From an uncultured Pirellulaceae bacterium (GTDB taxonomy: Bacteria; Planctomycetota; Planctomycetia; Pirellulales; Pirellulaceae): a DNA stretch of 64,000 nt. Of this stretch, positions 48,744 to 57,083 are shown piece by piece. Below the pieces are notes generated by a model. It made no database searches, was not told the origin of the DNA, and worked only from the letters and a program-made list of their open reading frames with translations. The translations under genes and the position numbers were made by a program. The stretch spans positions 2,500 to 66,499 of the forward strand of contig CAYUJE010000001.1 of NCBI GenBank assembly GCA_964444865.1, read 5' to 3'. Numbering within the stretch: the first letter of the stretch is position 1; every line of letters starts with the position of its first letter.

Positions 48744-50062
48744 GCAGCTTTGCTCCGGAGGGGCTGCTTGAGTTCAATCTGAGATCCGCCGCTGCCAACG
48801 CGGGCACTCAGCAGATGAATGGCGGCGGAGAGGCTCATCACCGTCTCCTCAAAATGCTGCGAGCCGGCCAGAGCCGACAGGTTCTTATTGAGTGCCGATT
48901 CGAGCTGCACCACGTCGCCGGCGGCCTTGATGGCCTGCGCCATCAATTCCCCCTGGCGAACCAGTTCTTGCTGCTGCGCATGCAGCAGGCGCGCGTTTTC
49001 CGTGAGCGCCATCTGCCACTGTTCCCAGCGGGCGGCATATTTTTCTCCCGCCGCCGCTTCCACTTGCGCCAGATGATTGGCGTGATGGGCCAGTGATTTA
49101 TCGAGCGATGCCGTCAGCATCGACTGCATTTGCTCGGTCGTTCCCTTGGTCAGATCCTTCCAATGGTCATGAGCCGCGGCAATGGTGTTTTGCCAAAGTT
49201 CCGCCTGTCGTTTGACCAGCAATTCCGTGGACTGCACCACCGCCTGGCTCATCCGCTGAATCTGGGCGACTTGCGGATCGCTACTGGTGACGGTGTTGGC
49301 AAACCGGCCTAGCAACTCCTGCGAAGTCAGATGGTCCACGTTCGACAGCAGTTGCACTTCCATCCGGTCAATCATGAACTGGATAAACATCAGCACCATC
49401 GAAAAGCAAAGGGCAATCGCCGTCGTATCGAACGCGACATACAGCCCGCTCAGCAGCCCTTTCATCGCCCCGCTTAGATTCCCCATATCCTGCTTGGCCA
49501 GGTCGCCCAGAGCATCCGTGATGCCGACGACCGTTCCCAAAAAGCCGAGCATCGGCGTGGCCCAGATAATAATCCGCACCAGGGCATAGCTATCCTGCTG
49601 GCGAGAGGCATCCATGTCGGAAAGGTACTTCAGCTCTTCGTCCAGCCCTTCGGCTGTTCCCTTTCGCTCCACCGTCTCCAGGGCGTCGGTCAATCGTTTG
49701 CCGAGGTACGACGTTTTCACTCTCCCTGGCAAGCCAGCCAGCAGGTCGAGCAGCTCGCCGCACTTGCTCACCGGCTGATTGGCCTGGAACTCGCCGAGCG
49801 AAATGCTGCTGGTGGCACTGCTTTGCGAAATGACGTCCATCAATTTGAGAACGAGGGCGACCAGGCCAATGAAGAACAAGGTCGTTTCGACCATGTTGAT
49901 CGGATGGCCGCCGAAATAACGATGCACCAGCGGAATGTCGAGTGGCCCGCGATACATCAAGGCATAAAAGCCGACCGCCAGCCCGCCGCCGACCACGAGC
50001 GGCCAGCCCAGGCTCCCCAAAATTGTCCACAGGGAAGTTGTCTGCGTCGAAGGTTTGGACAT
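48740..50062 (-). CDS. MotA/TolQ/ExbB proton-channel family protein with a long helical C-terminal extension
   Basis: 440-aa ORF with the channel signature IIWATPMLGFLGTVVGITDALGDL...GLYVAFDTTAIALCFSMVLMF. About 190 aa of predicted helical tail follow the last TM segment. Confidence 0.75.
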   Translation of the reverse strand: MSKPSTQTTSLWTILGSLGWPLVVGGGLAVGFYALMYRGPLDIPLVHRYFGGHPINMVETTLFFIGLVALVLKLMDVISQSSATSSISLGEFQANQPVSKCGELLDLLAGLPGRVKTSYLGKRLTDALETVERKGTAEGLDEELKYLSDMDASRQQDSYALVRIIIWATPMLGFLGTVVGITDALGDLAKQDMGNLSGAMKGLLSGLYVAFDTTAIALCFSMVLMFIQFMIDRMEVQLLSNVDHLTSQELLGRFANTVTSSDPQVAQIQRMSQAVVQSTELLVKRQAELWQNTIAAAHDHWKDLTKGTTEQMQSMLTASLDKSLAHHANHLAQVEAAAGEKYAARWEQWQMALTENARLLHAQQQELVRQGELMAQAIKAAGDVVQLESALNKNLSALAGSQHFEETVMSLSAAIHLLSARVGSGGSQIELKQPLRSKAA

Positions 50063-50094
50063 GTCTGTCCTCCGGAATAATGCTTGTACTGGGT

Positions 50095-50123
50095 GCCACG
50101 CCCACGGCTTTGCGTGGGCGTGC
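50095..50123. repeat. REP-like hairpin (cacgcccacg-gctttg-cgtgggcgtg)
   Basis: It belongs to the same family as 21711..21736 and lies about 35 nt upstream of the motA-like start codon. Confidence 0.8.
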
Positions 50124-50421
50124 GCGCGAAATGGCCGACCTTGAAGCTGCGTGCTTTACCAAACGGCGGGCGGGGAGCCAAGCCCATTGCCCCTGCGACC
50201 TTCATAATCGGCAAAGATTGCCAAAGGAAAGAGGCAAATGCTGCCGATGTATCTTTTGTCACCAAGCCACTTTGCAAACTGGCTCCTGACACCCATACAC
50301 AGAGTTGGATCATCCCGGGGGGGAATGATTGTCCGGGCACTTCGCCAAGAAGTGACCCGGACTTTCTTTTGCTAGCGTGGCAAAGTGACAGACTTGTCTT
50401 TCGCACAACTGCCAGCAGCTA

Positions 50422-51816
50422 TCACTTCTTCTTCCGTCGCTTGAACTCCTCCCGAAAGCTCCGCTTGGGGAACGGCGGCAGGTCCCGTTGTTTGCCCCAT
50501 TTGTTAAACGGGTTGTAGATGAGGAACCGCGGCGTCCAGCGGCCGCAGAAGCGGGCGACTTTGCCGGCGAGCGTGTAGAGCCAGGTTCGGCGGAAGACGA
50601 AGCTGGCAAACTGCATCGAGAATCGCTTGGTGAAGGCGAGGTGGCCGTGGGCGGCGATTTCCCGCCGCCAGGTGAGCAGCTGGTGATGGATGTCGATCTT
50701 CACCGGGCAGACGTCGGTGCACGAGCCGCACAGGCTGCACGCACTCGGCAGCGAAGCGTAAGCCTTTTCGTCGCGGGCGGGGGCCAGGATGCTGCCGATG
50801 GGTCCGGGGACGGTGCTTTCGTAGCTGTAGCCGCCGCTGCGGCGATAGACCGGGCAGGTGTTCATGCAGGCCCCGCAGCGGATGCAGTTGAGCGAGCGGC
50901 GAAAATCGTCGCTCCCCAAGATCTTGCTCCGGCCATTATCGACCAGCACGATGTGCAGCTCGCCCCCTTCACGCGGGCCATGAAAATGCGACGAGTACGT
51001 CGTAATGGGCTGGCCGGTGGCGGAGCGGGCGAGCAGCCGCAGAAAGACGCCGAGGTCCTTCACGCGCGGAATCAGCTTCTCAATCCCCATGCAAGCAATG
51101 TGCAGTTTCGGCAGCGAGACGCCAAGGTCCGCGTTCCCTTCGTTGGTGCAAATCACAAAGCCGCCGGTCTCCGCCACGGCAAAGTTGACGCCGGTCAGTC
51201 CCGCGTCCGCCTGCATGAATTTATCCCGCAGATGTTGGCGAGCGACTTCCGCCAAATACTGCGGATCGGTGGCCCCTTTTTCAGTTCCCAGATGCTCGTG
51301 GAAGAGCTGTCCCACGTCCTCCTTCTTCATGTGAATGGCCGGCAGCACGATGTGGCTCGGCGGCTTATTGTCGAGCTGCACGATCCGCTCGCCGAGGTCG
51401 GTATCAACGACTTCAATCCCGTGCCGCTCCAAAAACGGATTGAGATGACACTCCTCGGTCAGCATCGACTTGCTCTTCACGAGCCGTTTGACGCTGTGCC
51501 CTTGCAGAATCGAAAGCACAATCTCATTGTGCTCGGCGGCATCCTTGGCCCAGTGGACCTTGGCCCCCAGCTTCGTCGCCTGGGCCTCAAACTGCTCCAG
51601 CAAATCGGCCAGGCGGTAGAGTGTGTGAGCCTTGATCTGCGAGGCACACTCGCGAAGCGTCTCCCACTCCGGCAGCGACTGGGCCATTTTGTCGCGCTTG
51701 GCCCGAACGAACCACAGCGTGTTGTCGTGCCAGCGAGCCCGCTCTTTGTCCTTGATGAACTCCGCGGCCCGAGCGGGATGATCGACCTTCTTCTGCTTCG
51801 TGGCGACTTCGCTCAT
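50422..51816 (-). CDS. lutB: LutB-type iron-sulfur lactate-utilization protein (LUD domain plus 4Fe-4S dicluster)
   Basis: 464-aa ORF with two CxxCxxCxxxCP motifs (CIRCGACMNTCP, CSLCGSCTDVCP) and a LUD-like N-terminal region. Confidence 0.8.
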   Translation of the reverse strand: MSEVATKQKKVDHPARAAEFIKDKERARWHDNTLWFVRAKRDKMAQSLPEWETLRECASQIKAHTLYRLADLLEQFEAQATKLGAKVHWAKDAAEHNEIVLSILQGHSVKRLVKSKSMLTEECHLNPFLERHGIEVVDTDLGERIVQLDNKPPSHIVLPAIHMKKEDVGQLFHEHLGTEKGATDPQYLAEVARQHLRDKFMQADAGLTGVNFAVAETGGFVICTNEGNADLGVSLPKLHIACMGIEKLIPRVKDLGVFLRLLARSATGQPITTYSSHFHGPREGGELHIVLVDNGRSKILGSDDFRRSLNCIRCGACMNTCPVYRRSGGYSYESTVPGPIGSILAPARDEKAYASLPSACSLCGSCTDVCPVKIDIHHQLLTWRREIAAHGHLAFTKRFSMQFASFVFRRTWLYTLAGKVARFCGRWTPRFLIYNPFNKWGKQRDLPPFPKRSFREEFKRRKKK

Positions 51817-52562
51817 ACCGGCCTCCCCGCCAAAATCTCGGCGATGTGCATCACGCGGATCGGCTTCTTCCGCCGGCGGATGAGCCCTTCCAAATGCATC
51901 AGGCAGGACATGTCGTTGGCCGTCAGCACCTGCGTTCCCGCTTGCTCATGGTCGTGGATGCGGTCCTCTCCCATCATGCAGGAGACCGCCTCTTCATTCA
52001 CCGCGAACGTCCCCCCAAAGCCGCAGCACTCATCGGGGCGGGCCAGCTTGACGAGCTCAATCCCTTCCAGCCCTTTCAAAAGCTGCTCCGCCTTGCCGAA
52101 CGATTTCCCCATCACTTCGCTGGAACTCGCCAGTCGCAGCTCCCGCAGGCCGTGGCAACTTTGATGCAGGCCGACTCGGTGAGGAAACCGGCCGTCGATC
52201 TTATCCAGCTTCAGCACGTCCGTCAGAAACTCCGTCAGCTCAAATGTCTTCTTCCGCAGGGCCTCGTAATCGGCCCGGCCGTGGAAGTACTCTTCGTAAT
52301 GATGCCGCACCATCGCCACGCAACTGCCGCTGGGGGCGACGACGTATTCATAGGGAGCAAAGACCTGCAAGAACTTCTCCGCCAGCGGCTGGGCCTGCTC
52401 GGTGCAGCCCGTGTTCGCCATCGGCTGGCCGCAGCAGGTCTGGGCGGTGGGAAATTCCACGTTCACCCCGCATTGCTCCAGCAGCTCCACCGTGGCCATG
52501 CCGACGTGCGGATAGAGCTGATCGACGTAACAGGGGATGAAAAGTCCGACGGTGGGCATCAT
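51813..52562 (-). CDS. lutA: LutA-type (Fe-S)-binding protein with CCG domains
   Basis: The ORF extends to 52583. MMPTVGLFIPCYVDQLYP at 52562 fits the family N-terminus. CCG motifs are present. There is a 4-nt overlap with lutB. Confidence 0.8.
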   Translation of the reverse strand: MMPTVGLFIPCYVDQLYPHVGMATVELLEQCGVNVEFPTAQTCCGQPMANTGCTEQAQPLAEKFLQVFAPYEYVVAPSGSCVAMVRHHYEEYFHGRADYEALRKKTFELTEFLTDVLKLDKIDGRFPHRVGLHQSCHGLRELRLASSSEVMGKSFGKAEQLLKGLEGIELVKLARPDECCGFGGTFAVNEEAVSCMMGEDRIHDHEQAGTQVLTANDMSCLMHLEGLIRRRKKPIRVMHIAEILAGRPV

Positions 52563-52588
52563 AGTTGTCCGCTCGCTCCGCATAGTAG

Positions 52589-52610
52589 GCCGCTCACTCC
52601 GTGAGCGGAC
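52589..52610. repeat. hairpin gccgctcac-tcc-gtgagcggac (short REP family)
   Basis: It belongs to the same family as 34941..34961 and 56371..56391. Confidence 0.8.
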
Positions 52611-52790
52611 AGTTCCCGTTGTGGGTGAATAAGATGATACCTCTCCTCGCCTCCGCCATCACGGTCCCGAGGGGTCTGTGGTGAAAATCCCCCGCCGTCT
52701 CACGCCATAACCCATTTCCTCAAAATCACTTACGACGAATCGGTTCCCAGGTTTTTCACCACCCTCCTCACAAGTGGGGATCCACACTAG

Positions 52791-52860
52791 CCCGACGCGC
52801 AAGCGAGGGAATTGGACGTCGCACCGGTGCAAAACGCATTTCCCTCGCTTGCGCGTCGGG
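52791..52860. repeat. 21-bp perfect inverted repeat with a 28-nt loop
   Basis: cccgacgcgcaagcgagggaa (52791..52811) pairs with ttccctcgcttgcgcgtcggg (52840..52860). Confidence 0.9.
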
Positions 52861-53743
52861 TTGGTGTCGAAACACTGCAACGCAGGGTAAACCACTGGAG
52901 CGATTCATCTTATTCACTTGATTTTTCACGGCCGCCCTCCATTTCGCAACCTCTTTCCGTATATCGCTTTACGTCGATATTCATGATTCCTTTTCGTCTT
53001 AATCCGGCCATTCTTGATTCATAACTTCTGGTGTCTAGTCGCATAAGTCCTTATCTTCATTACCTTTCCGCACAGCCAAGGCCCTGAAACACTCACGGCA
53101 ACCGGCCGCGCGATAAGCTCTTTTTTGTTTCGCTTTCTCCTCCTCGCTTGCCGTAACTCTCTTGCCTTCCACAACTTGCAACTCCCCAGACCTTGATTCA
53201 TGTCTCAGGGCGATAAGCCGTGATCAGCAGCGATCACCTCCTGCCGTCCCCATGGGCAACGACGTACGCCGAGCACAACTCCGCGCGCATCGCACCCCAT
53301 CCTTAAGATGCGCGAGAAGACTCTTTTGTTCACTATACACAAAAGAATCTTTTTCGCTTGGCGCGGGTGTTGGGGGTGCCACTGGCAGGCAAAGGGCGTC
53401 GAGGACTCATCCCGGCGAACACACGTTGCCGCCCTTTGACAGCCAGTGCGGATGGGCGAAAAGACGCCCCATCGCCGATGGTTTCCAGGTAAAGTCGCTC
53501 CACTCGGACGCTGCACTGGCTGACGAGCCGATGGTGAACTTGCACAAATAGCAATATCTTTCGTCGGCTCATCTGCCAGCGCCACCCTACCGCAACCTCC
53601 CGCCCGAATCTGTTGACAGCCGCACACTGAGAGGGAGACAATTGACGAAGTTCAGAAGCCGGATAGGCTGACCCTGTGCAGCTTGCTATCCAGATACGCT
53701 GACCGATTAGGCTGGTCGGTCTAATAATTGTTATCCGCTGAAG

Positions 53744-54250
53744 GTGATGCCAGCCGTGTCTGTCGAACTGAAGAAACTGGAGTGTGTCAAACAGAATGTC
53801 GGAACGAACTTCCCTCGCCGCCCGCTCTCGGAACTTGAGCTACTCGACCACATTCACGGCTGCATTGTGCTGCAGCCCGACCATGGGACGCCCTTCCATA
53901 GTTTTGGTTACTGGGACGCAAACGATGCGTGCCTTGGACAGTGGTTGACTGTATTCACCAGAATTCAGCAGCGTATCGACGCAGGCGGTGATTTCGTTTA
54001 TGAATTCCCCTATCCCGATCAGGGGGATCCACGGCTTGAATTCATTTTTGCGGGTGACACCGCAACGATTCGGACAACCTATTACACGGACGATAACTGG
54101 ACTGAAATTGAAGAGTCTTCTGAGCAATCAACGACGCGTCTGGAACTTGAGAAACTCGTTCGTGACGCATTGAGAATGATCCGGCAGACAGTTGTGGAGG
54201 CCAGCCCAATCGTGGGACTCGCCTGGCTCGAACGCAATCGTCGCGGATAA
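53744..54250 (+). CDS. hypothetical protein (cassette 1)
   Basis: 168-aa ORF with a GTG start at 53744 or an ATG at 53747. No family recognised. Confidence 0.5.
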   Translation: MMPAVSVELKKLECVKQNVGTNFPRRPLSELELLDHIHGCIVLQPDHGTPFHSFGYWDANDACLGQWLTVFTRIQQRIDAGGDFVYEFPYPDQGDPRLEFIFAGDTATIRTTYYTDDNWTEIEESSEQSTTRLELEKLVRDALRMIRQTVVEASPIVGLAWLERNRRG

Positions 54251-54342
54251 CAAATCGTTGCACTTGACCGGGCCGGCATGACGGTTTTTCGAGACATCAC
54301 GTTCCTTGCAGCTGGCCCGGCAAGTGAACGTAGTCGTTATGT
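54245..54342 (+). repeat. attC-like imperfect palindrome 1
   Basis: GGATAAC (54245..54251, overlapping the TAA stop) pairs with GTTATGT (54336..54342). The inner arms gcacttgaccgggccggc and gctggcccggcaagtga pair with one bulged base. Confidence 0.5.
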
Positions 54343-54355
54343 GCCAATATCGAAC

Positions 54356-54823
54356 ATGAAGCCGCTGACCAAACGACAGTTCGACAGGCTTGCGCGCGAG
54401 TTGTTTGGCGGCGTTTTGAATCCACACGGTTTCACCTGCGACGATTCCAAACGATGCACTTTTGTGCGATGCGTCAACGATGACGTGTTTCATATCATCT
54501 TGCCCGATCCCGGAACACGTTGTGCTTGGTACGACATCAATGTCTTCCCTACTTCGCCGCGTTTCCACGACGACTTCGACGACAGATTCCCTGACGATCT
54601 TGGGTTCACCCTCGATTCTTGGTCGAAACTCAGCGAAACAGCGGGAATCGGCTTGGATCAACAGCAATTCAACTGCAAATACGAATCAAATATGCGAAAT
54701 CGCTTCGAGAAAATGGTGGTTGGATTGCTGGAAAATGTGGCCATTCCGTTTTTGGATACAATACAGACTTACGAGGACATCCTTCCTCATTTGCGTGGAC
54801 CGTTTACTCGATTCAAAGACGGC

Positions 54824-54829
<6 letters not shown>
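54356..54829 (+). CDS. hypothetical protein (cassette 2), DUF4304-like small immunity-type protein
   Basis: The ATG at 54356 ([26 protein letters not shown]...) lies 13 nt after the GTTATGT core. The family resemblance comes from my memory of the pattern only. Confidence 0.5.
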
Positions 54830-54913
<84 letters not shown>

Positions 54914-54934
54914 GGCTGAACCTTCCCGCTGGAA

Positions 54935-55339
54935 ATGAACATGATTGACCGCGTCGCAATGATGGAATCGATCATCGTCGCGTGTCCGAGATTCGCGTCA
55001 ACCTTTGACGCGTTCCTTGCTGAATGGGCCGACGAGACTGAATTACCGTATTACTTGGCGCTCGGAGATTTTTCGCGATACCTGATCCAACTCCTTGCGA
55101 ACGACGAGCGTGATGAACTCACCACGGCATTCAAGATGATCGAACGACTTCATGTTGACGGTGACAAATATGTTCGCGAAGCCGCCACGATCGGAATACT
55201 TGAAAACCTACAGAACTCGAAATTGCACGAACGAACTGACCCCGATCAATTCCTCGCTTTTCTCCGACCAGTTTCGCTGAAGTTTTGGCACAAAGTCACA
55301 GACTTTTGGAAAAACGGTACAATCATTACGGATGACTGA
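54935..55339 (+). CDS. hypothetical protein (cassette 3)
   Basis: 134-aa acidic helical ORF. No family confidently recognised. Confidence 0.5.
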   Translation: MNMIDRVAMMESIIVACPRFASTFDAFLAEWADETELPYYLALGDFSRYLIQLLANDERDELTTAFKMIERLHVDGDKYVREAATIGILENLQNSKLHERTDPDQFLAFLRPVSLKFWHKVTDFWKNGTIITDD

Positions 55340-55358
55340 CCGTCAAACGTAGCGCACG

Positions 55359-55453
55359 CCACCGAACCATCGCATGCACGGGAGCGGCGGTGGCCAGCGG
55401 ATTTTGAAAACAACGTCAACTCCCGCCGCCCCGTGATGCGGGACGTTGGGTGG
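55359..55453 (+). repeat. attC-like imperfect palindrome 3
   Basis: ccaccgaac (55359..55367) pairs with gttgggtgg (55445..55453). The inner arms cgcatgcacgggagcggcgg and ccgccgccccgtgatgcg pair imperfectly. The right half is homologous to that of palindrome 2. Confidence 0.5.
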
Positions 55454-55647
55454 CAGAGGGCATTGGGCCGAGCGACTGCGCGCTACTCGTTGGCCATTTC
55501 GACAGCCGTTCTACCGTTGAGTTTAGCGCTGCAGGCCGATCACAGACCCCGTTTGGGCTCTTTCCTCATCGCGGGCGCTGAATTTCACACGCGGCCACTT
55601 GGGAATAAATCCCCTCGCGGAAGGCTCTAAGAAACGGAGGAAACGCC

Positions 55648-56370
55648 ATGCCCGAGAGCGCCAAAAAGTCCGCAAGCACCCATCGGTGGCTCCGTCTTCG
55701 CCGCTGGCTGGGGCGGGCTGGGTTGGCCTTTGCCCTCTTTTGGCTGGTCTACGGCTGCTTTCTGCTGCTCGGCTTTATTCCGGTCAATCGCGGCTATCGG
55801 GTGCCGCCAGCGGAGGACCGGGTGCGGATTTTTATCCGCTCGAGCGATATTCATACCGATTTTGTCTTGCCGATCTCGACGCCGGAGGCCGATTGGGGTG
55901 AATTGTTTCCCGCCCGCCAGTTTCGCGCCCCGCTGGGCAAGGCAAAATACGTCGCCATCGGCTGGGGCAGCCGCAGCTTTTATGTGGAGACGCCGACCTG
56001 GGGGGACCTGAAGATCAGCACGCTCTTCACGACACTATTCACCCCCAGCGAGTCGGTGTTGCATGCCGAGTATCTTGGAGAGGTGTCGCCCGGCCCCACC
56101 CTGCACGAAGTCCTCCTCTCGCGGCAACAATACGGGGAGCTCGCAGCCTTTGTGCGAGGCACCGTCGGCCAGACTGATGAAACCGGGGCCGCCGTGCTGG
56201 CAACCGACGTTTCGTACAGCGCTTACGACCGGTTCTATCTTTCCCGTGGCCGCTATCACCTGTTCAACACCTGCAATCAATGGACGGGGAGAGGACTGCA
56301 TCGAGCCGGCGTGCCCACGGGCATTTGGACGCCGCTGGTGGTGCATGTTCGTTGCCAGTTGCCAAACTAG
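55648..56370 (+). CDS. TIGR02117/DUF2459 family protein
   Basis: 240-aa ORF with an N-terminal TM segment. The pattern HTDFVLP...AIGWGSRSFY...RYHLFNTCNQWTGRGLHRAG matches the family. Confidence 0.7.
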   Translation: MPESAKKSASTHRWLRLRRWLGRAGLAFALFWLVYGCFLLLGFIPVNRGYRVPPAEDRVRIFIRSSDIHTDFVLPISTPEADWGELFPARQFRAPLGKAKYVAIGWGSRSFYVETPTWGDLKISTLFTTLFTPSESVLHAEYLGEVSPGPTLHEVLLSRQQYGELAAFVRGTVGQTDETGAAVLATDVSYSAYDRFYLSRGRYHLFNTCNQWTGRGLHRAGVPTGIWTPLVVHVRCQLPN

Positions 56371-56391
56371 TCCGCTCACTCCGTGACCGGA
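56371..56391. repeat. hairpin tccgctcac-tcc-gtgaccgga (short REP family)
   Basis: It starts at the first base after the stop codon of the DUF2459 gene. Confidence 0.8.
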
Positions 56392-56565
56392 CATACCTTC
56401 ACACGAAGCGTGGCGGCTCCCTTTAATGACGATTTTTTCGCTTTTTCGTCATCTGCCGCAAAAACTTCTCTTGACCCACCCTGAACCTTCCGATATTCAA
56501 CGATAACGCGCTTGCCCCGGGGTTTTGCCGCGGTTGTTCCTGTCCTTGTCGCAAGGAGGTGACCG

Positions 56566-57081
56566 ATGGCTACCCTTGTTTCTACGATCGGGTTGTTGGC
56601 ATGCCTTTGCGGTTCTTCGCCGCGAGAGGATGTGGCGAGCGAACAGGTTGACCTCATGGAGGTCAATCACTTCTACGACGACCAAGGTCGGCACGTCTTC
56701 GACCAGGTGATTTTCTACGACTGGGCCGAAGGGCATGGCCGGCACATGGTCCGAGCCTGGCGGCTGGTGAAGAATCCCGCCCAACTCCCCCAGCGGAACT
56801 GGAAGGACGACAGCTACACCGCCCTGTGGTACGACAACGACGTGCTGCGGAAGGTGCAGGCCAAGTCGATGCGGGAATCCTGGACACAGTATGACCCCGA
56901 ACTGGCCGAGCGGGAGTATTTGCCCAAGGAGAGACGCAAGGAATTGCAGCAGTCCACAAGAATCGCTCGCAAAACGGAACCCTCCCCAACGCCGGTCACC
57001 GCCACCGCAACGAACACCGCTCCTCCCAGTCCCCGAGTGGCGGAGCAGACGAGCGGCTCGACCAGCTCGCGGCTGCGGTAG
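56566..57081 (+). CDS. hypothetical lipoprotein
   Basis: 171-aa ORF with a lipobox-like LLACLCGSS and a Pro/Thr-rich C-terminus. Confidence 0.5.
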   Translation: MATLVSTIGLLACLCGSSPREDVASEQVDLMEVNHFYDDQGRHVFDQVIFYDWAEGHGRHMVRAWRLVKNPAQLPQRNWKDDSYTALWYDNDVLRKVQAKSMRESWTQYDPELAEREYLPKERRKELQQSTRIARKTEPSPTPVTATATNTAPPSPRVAEQTSGSTSSRLR

Positions 57082-57083
57082 CG

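Noticed and set aside
50488-52164. 558-aa + strand ORF antisense to lutB and lutA
   Set aside because: It spans two overlapping minus-strand genes that have clear Fe-S and CCG motifs.
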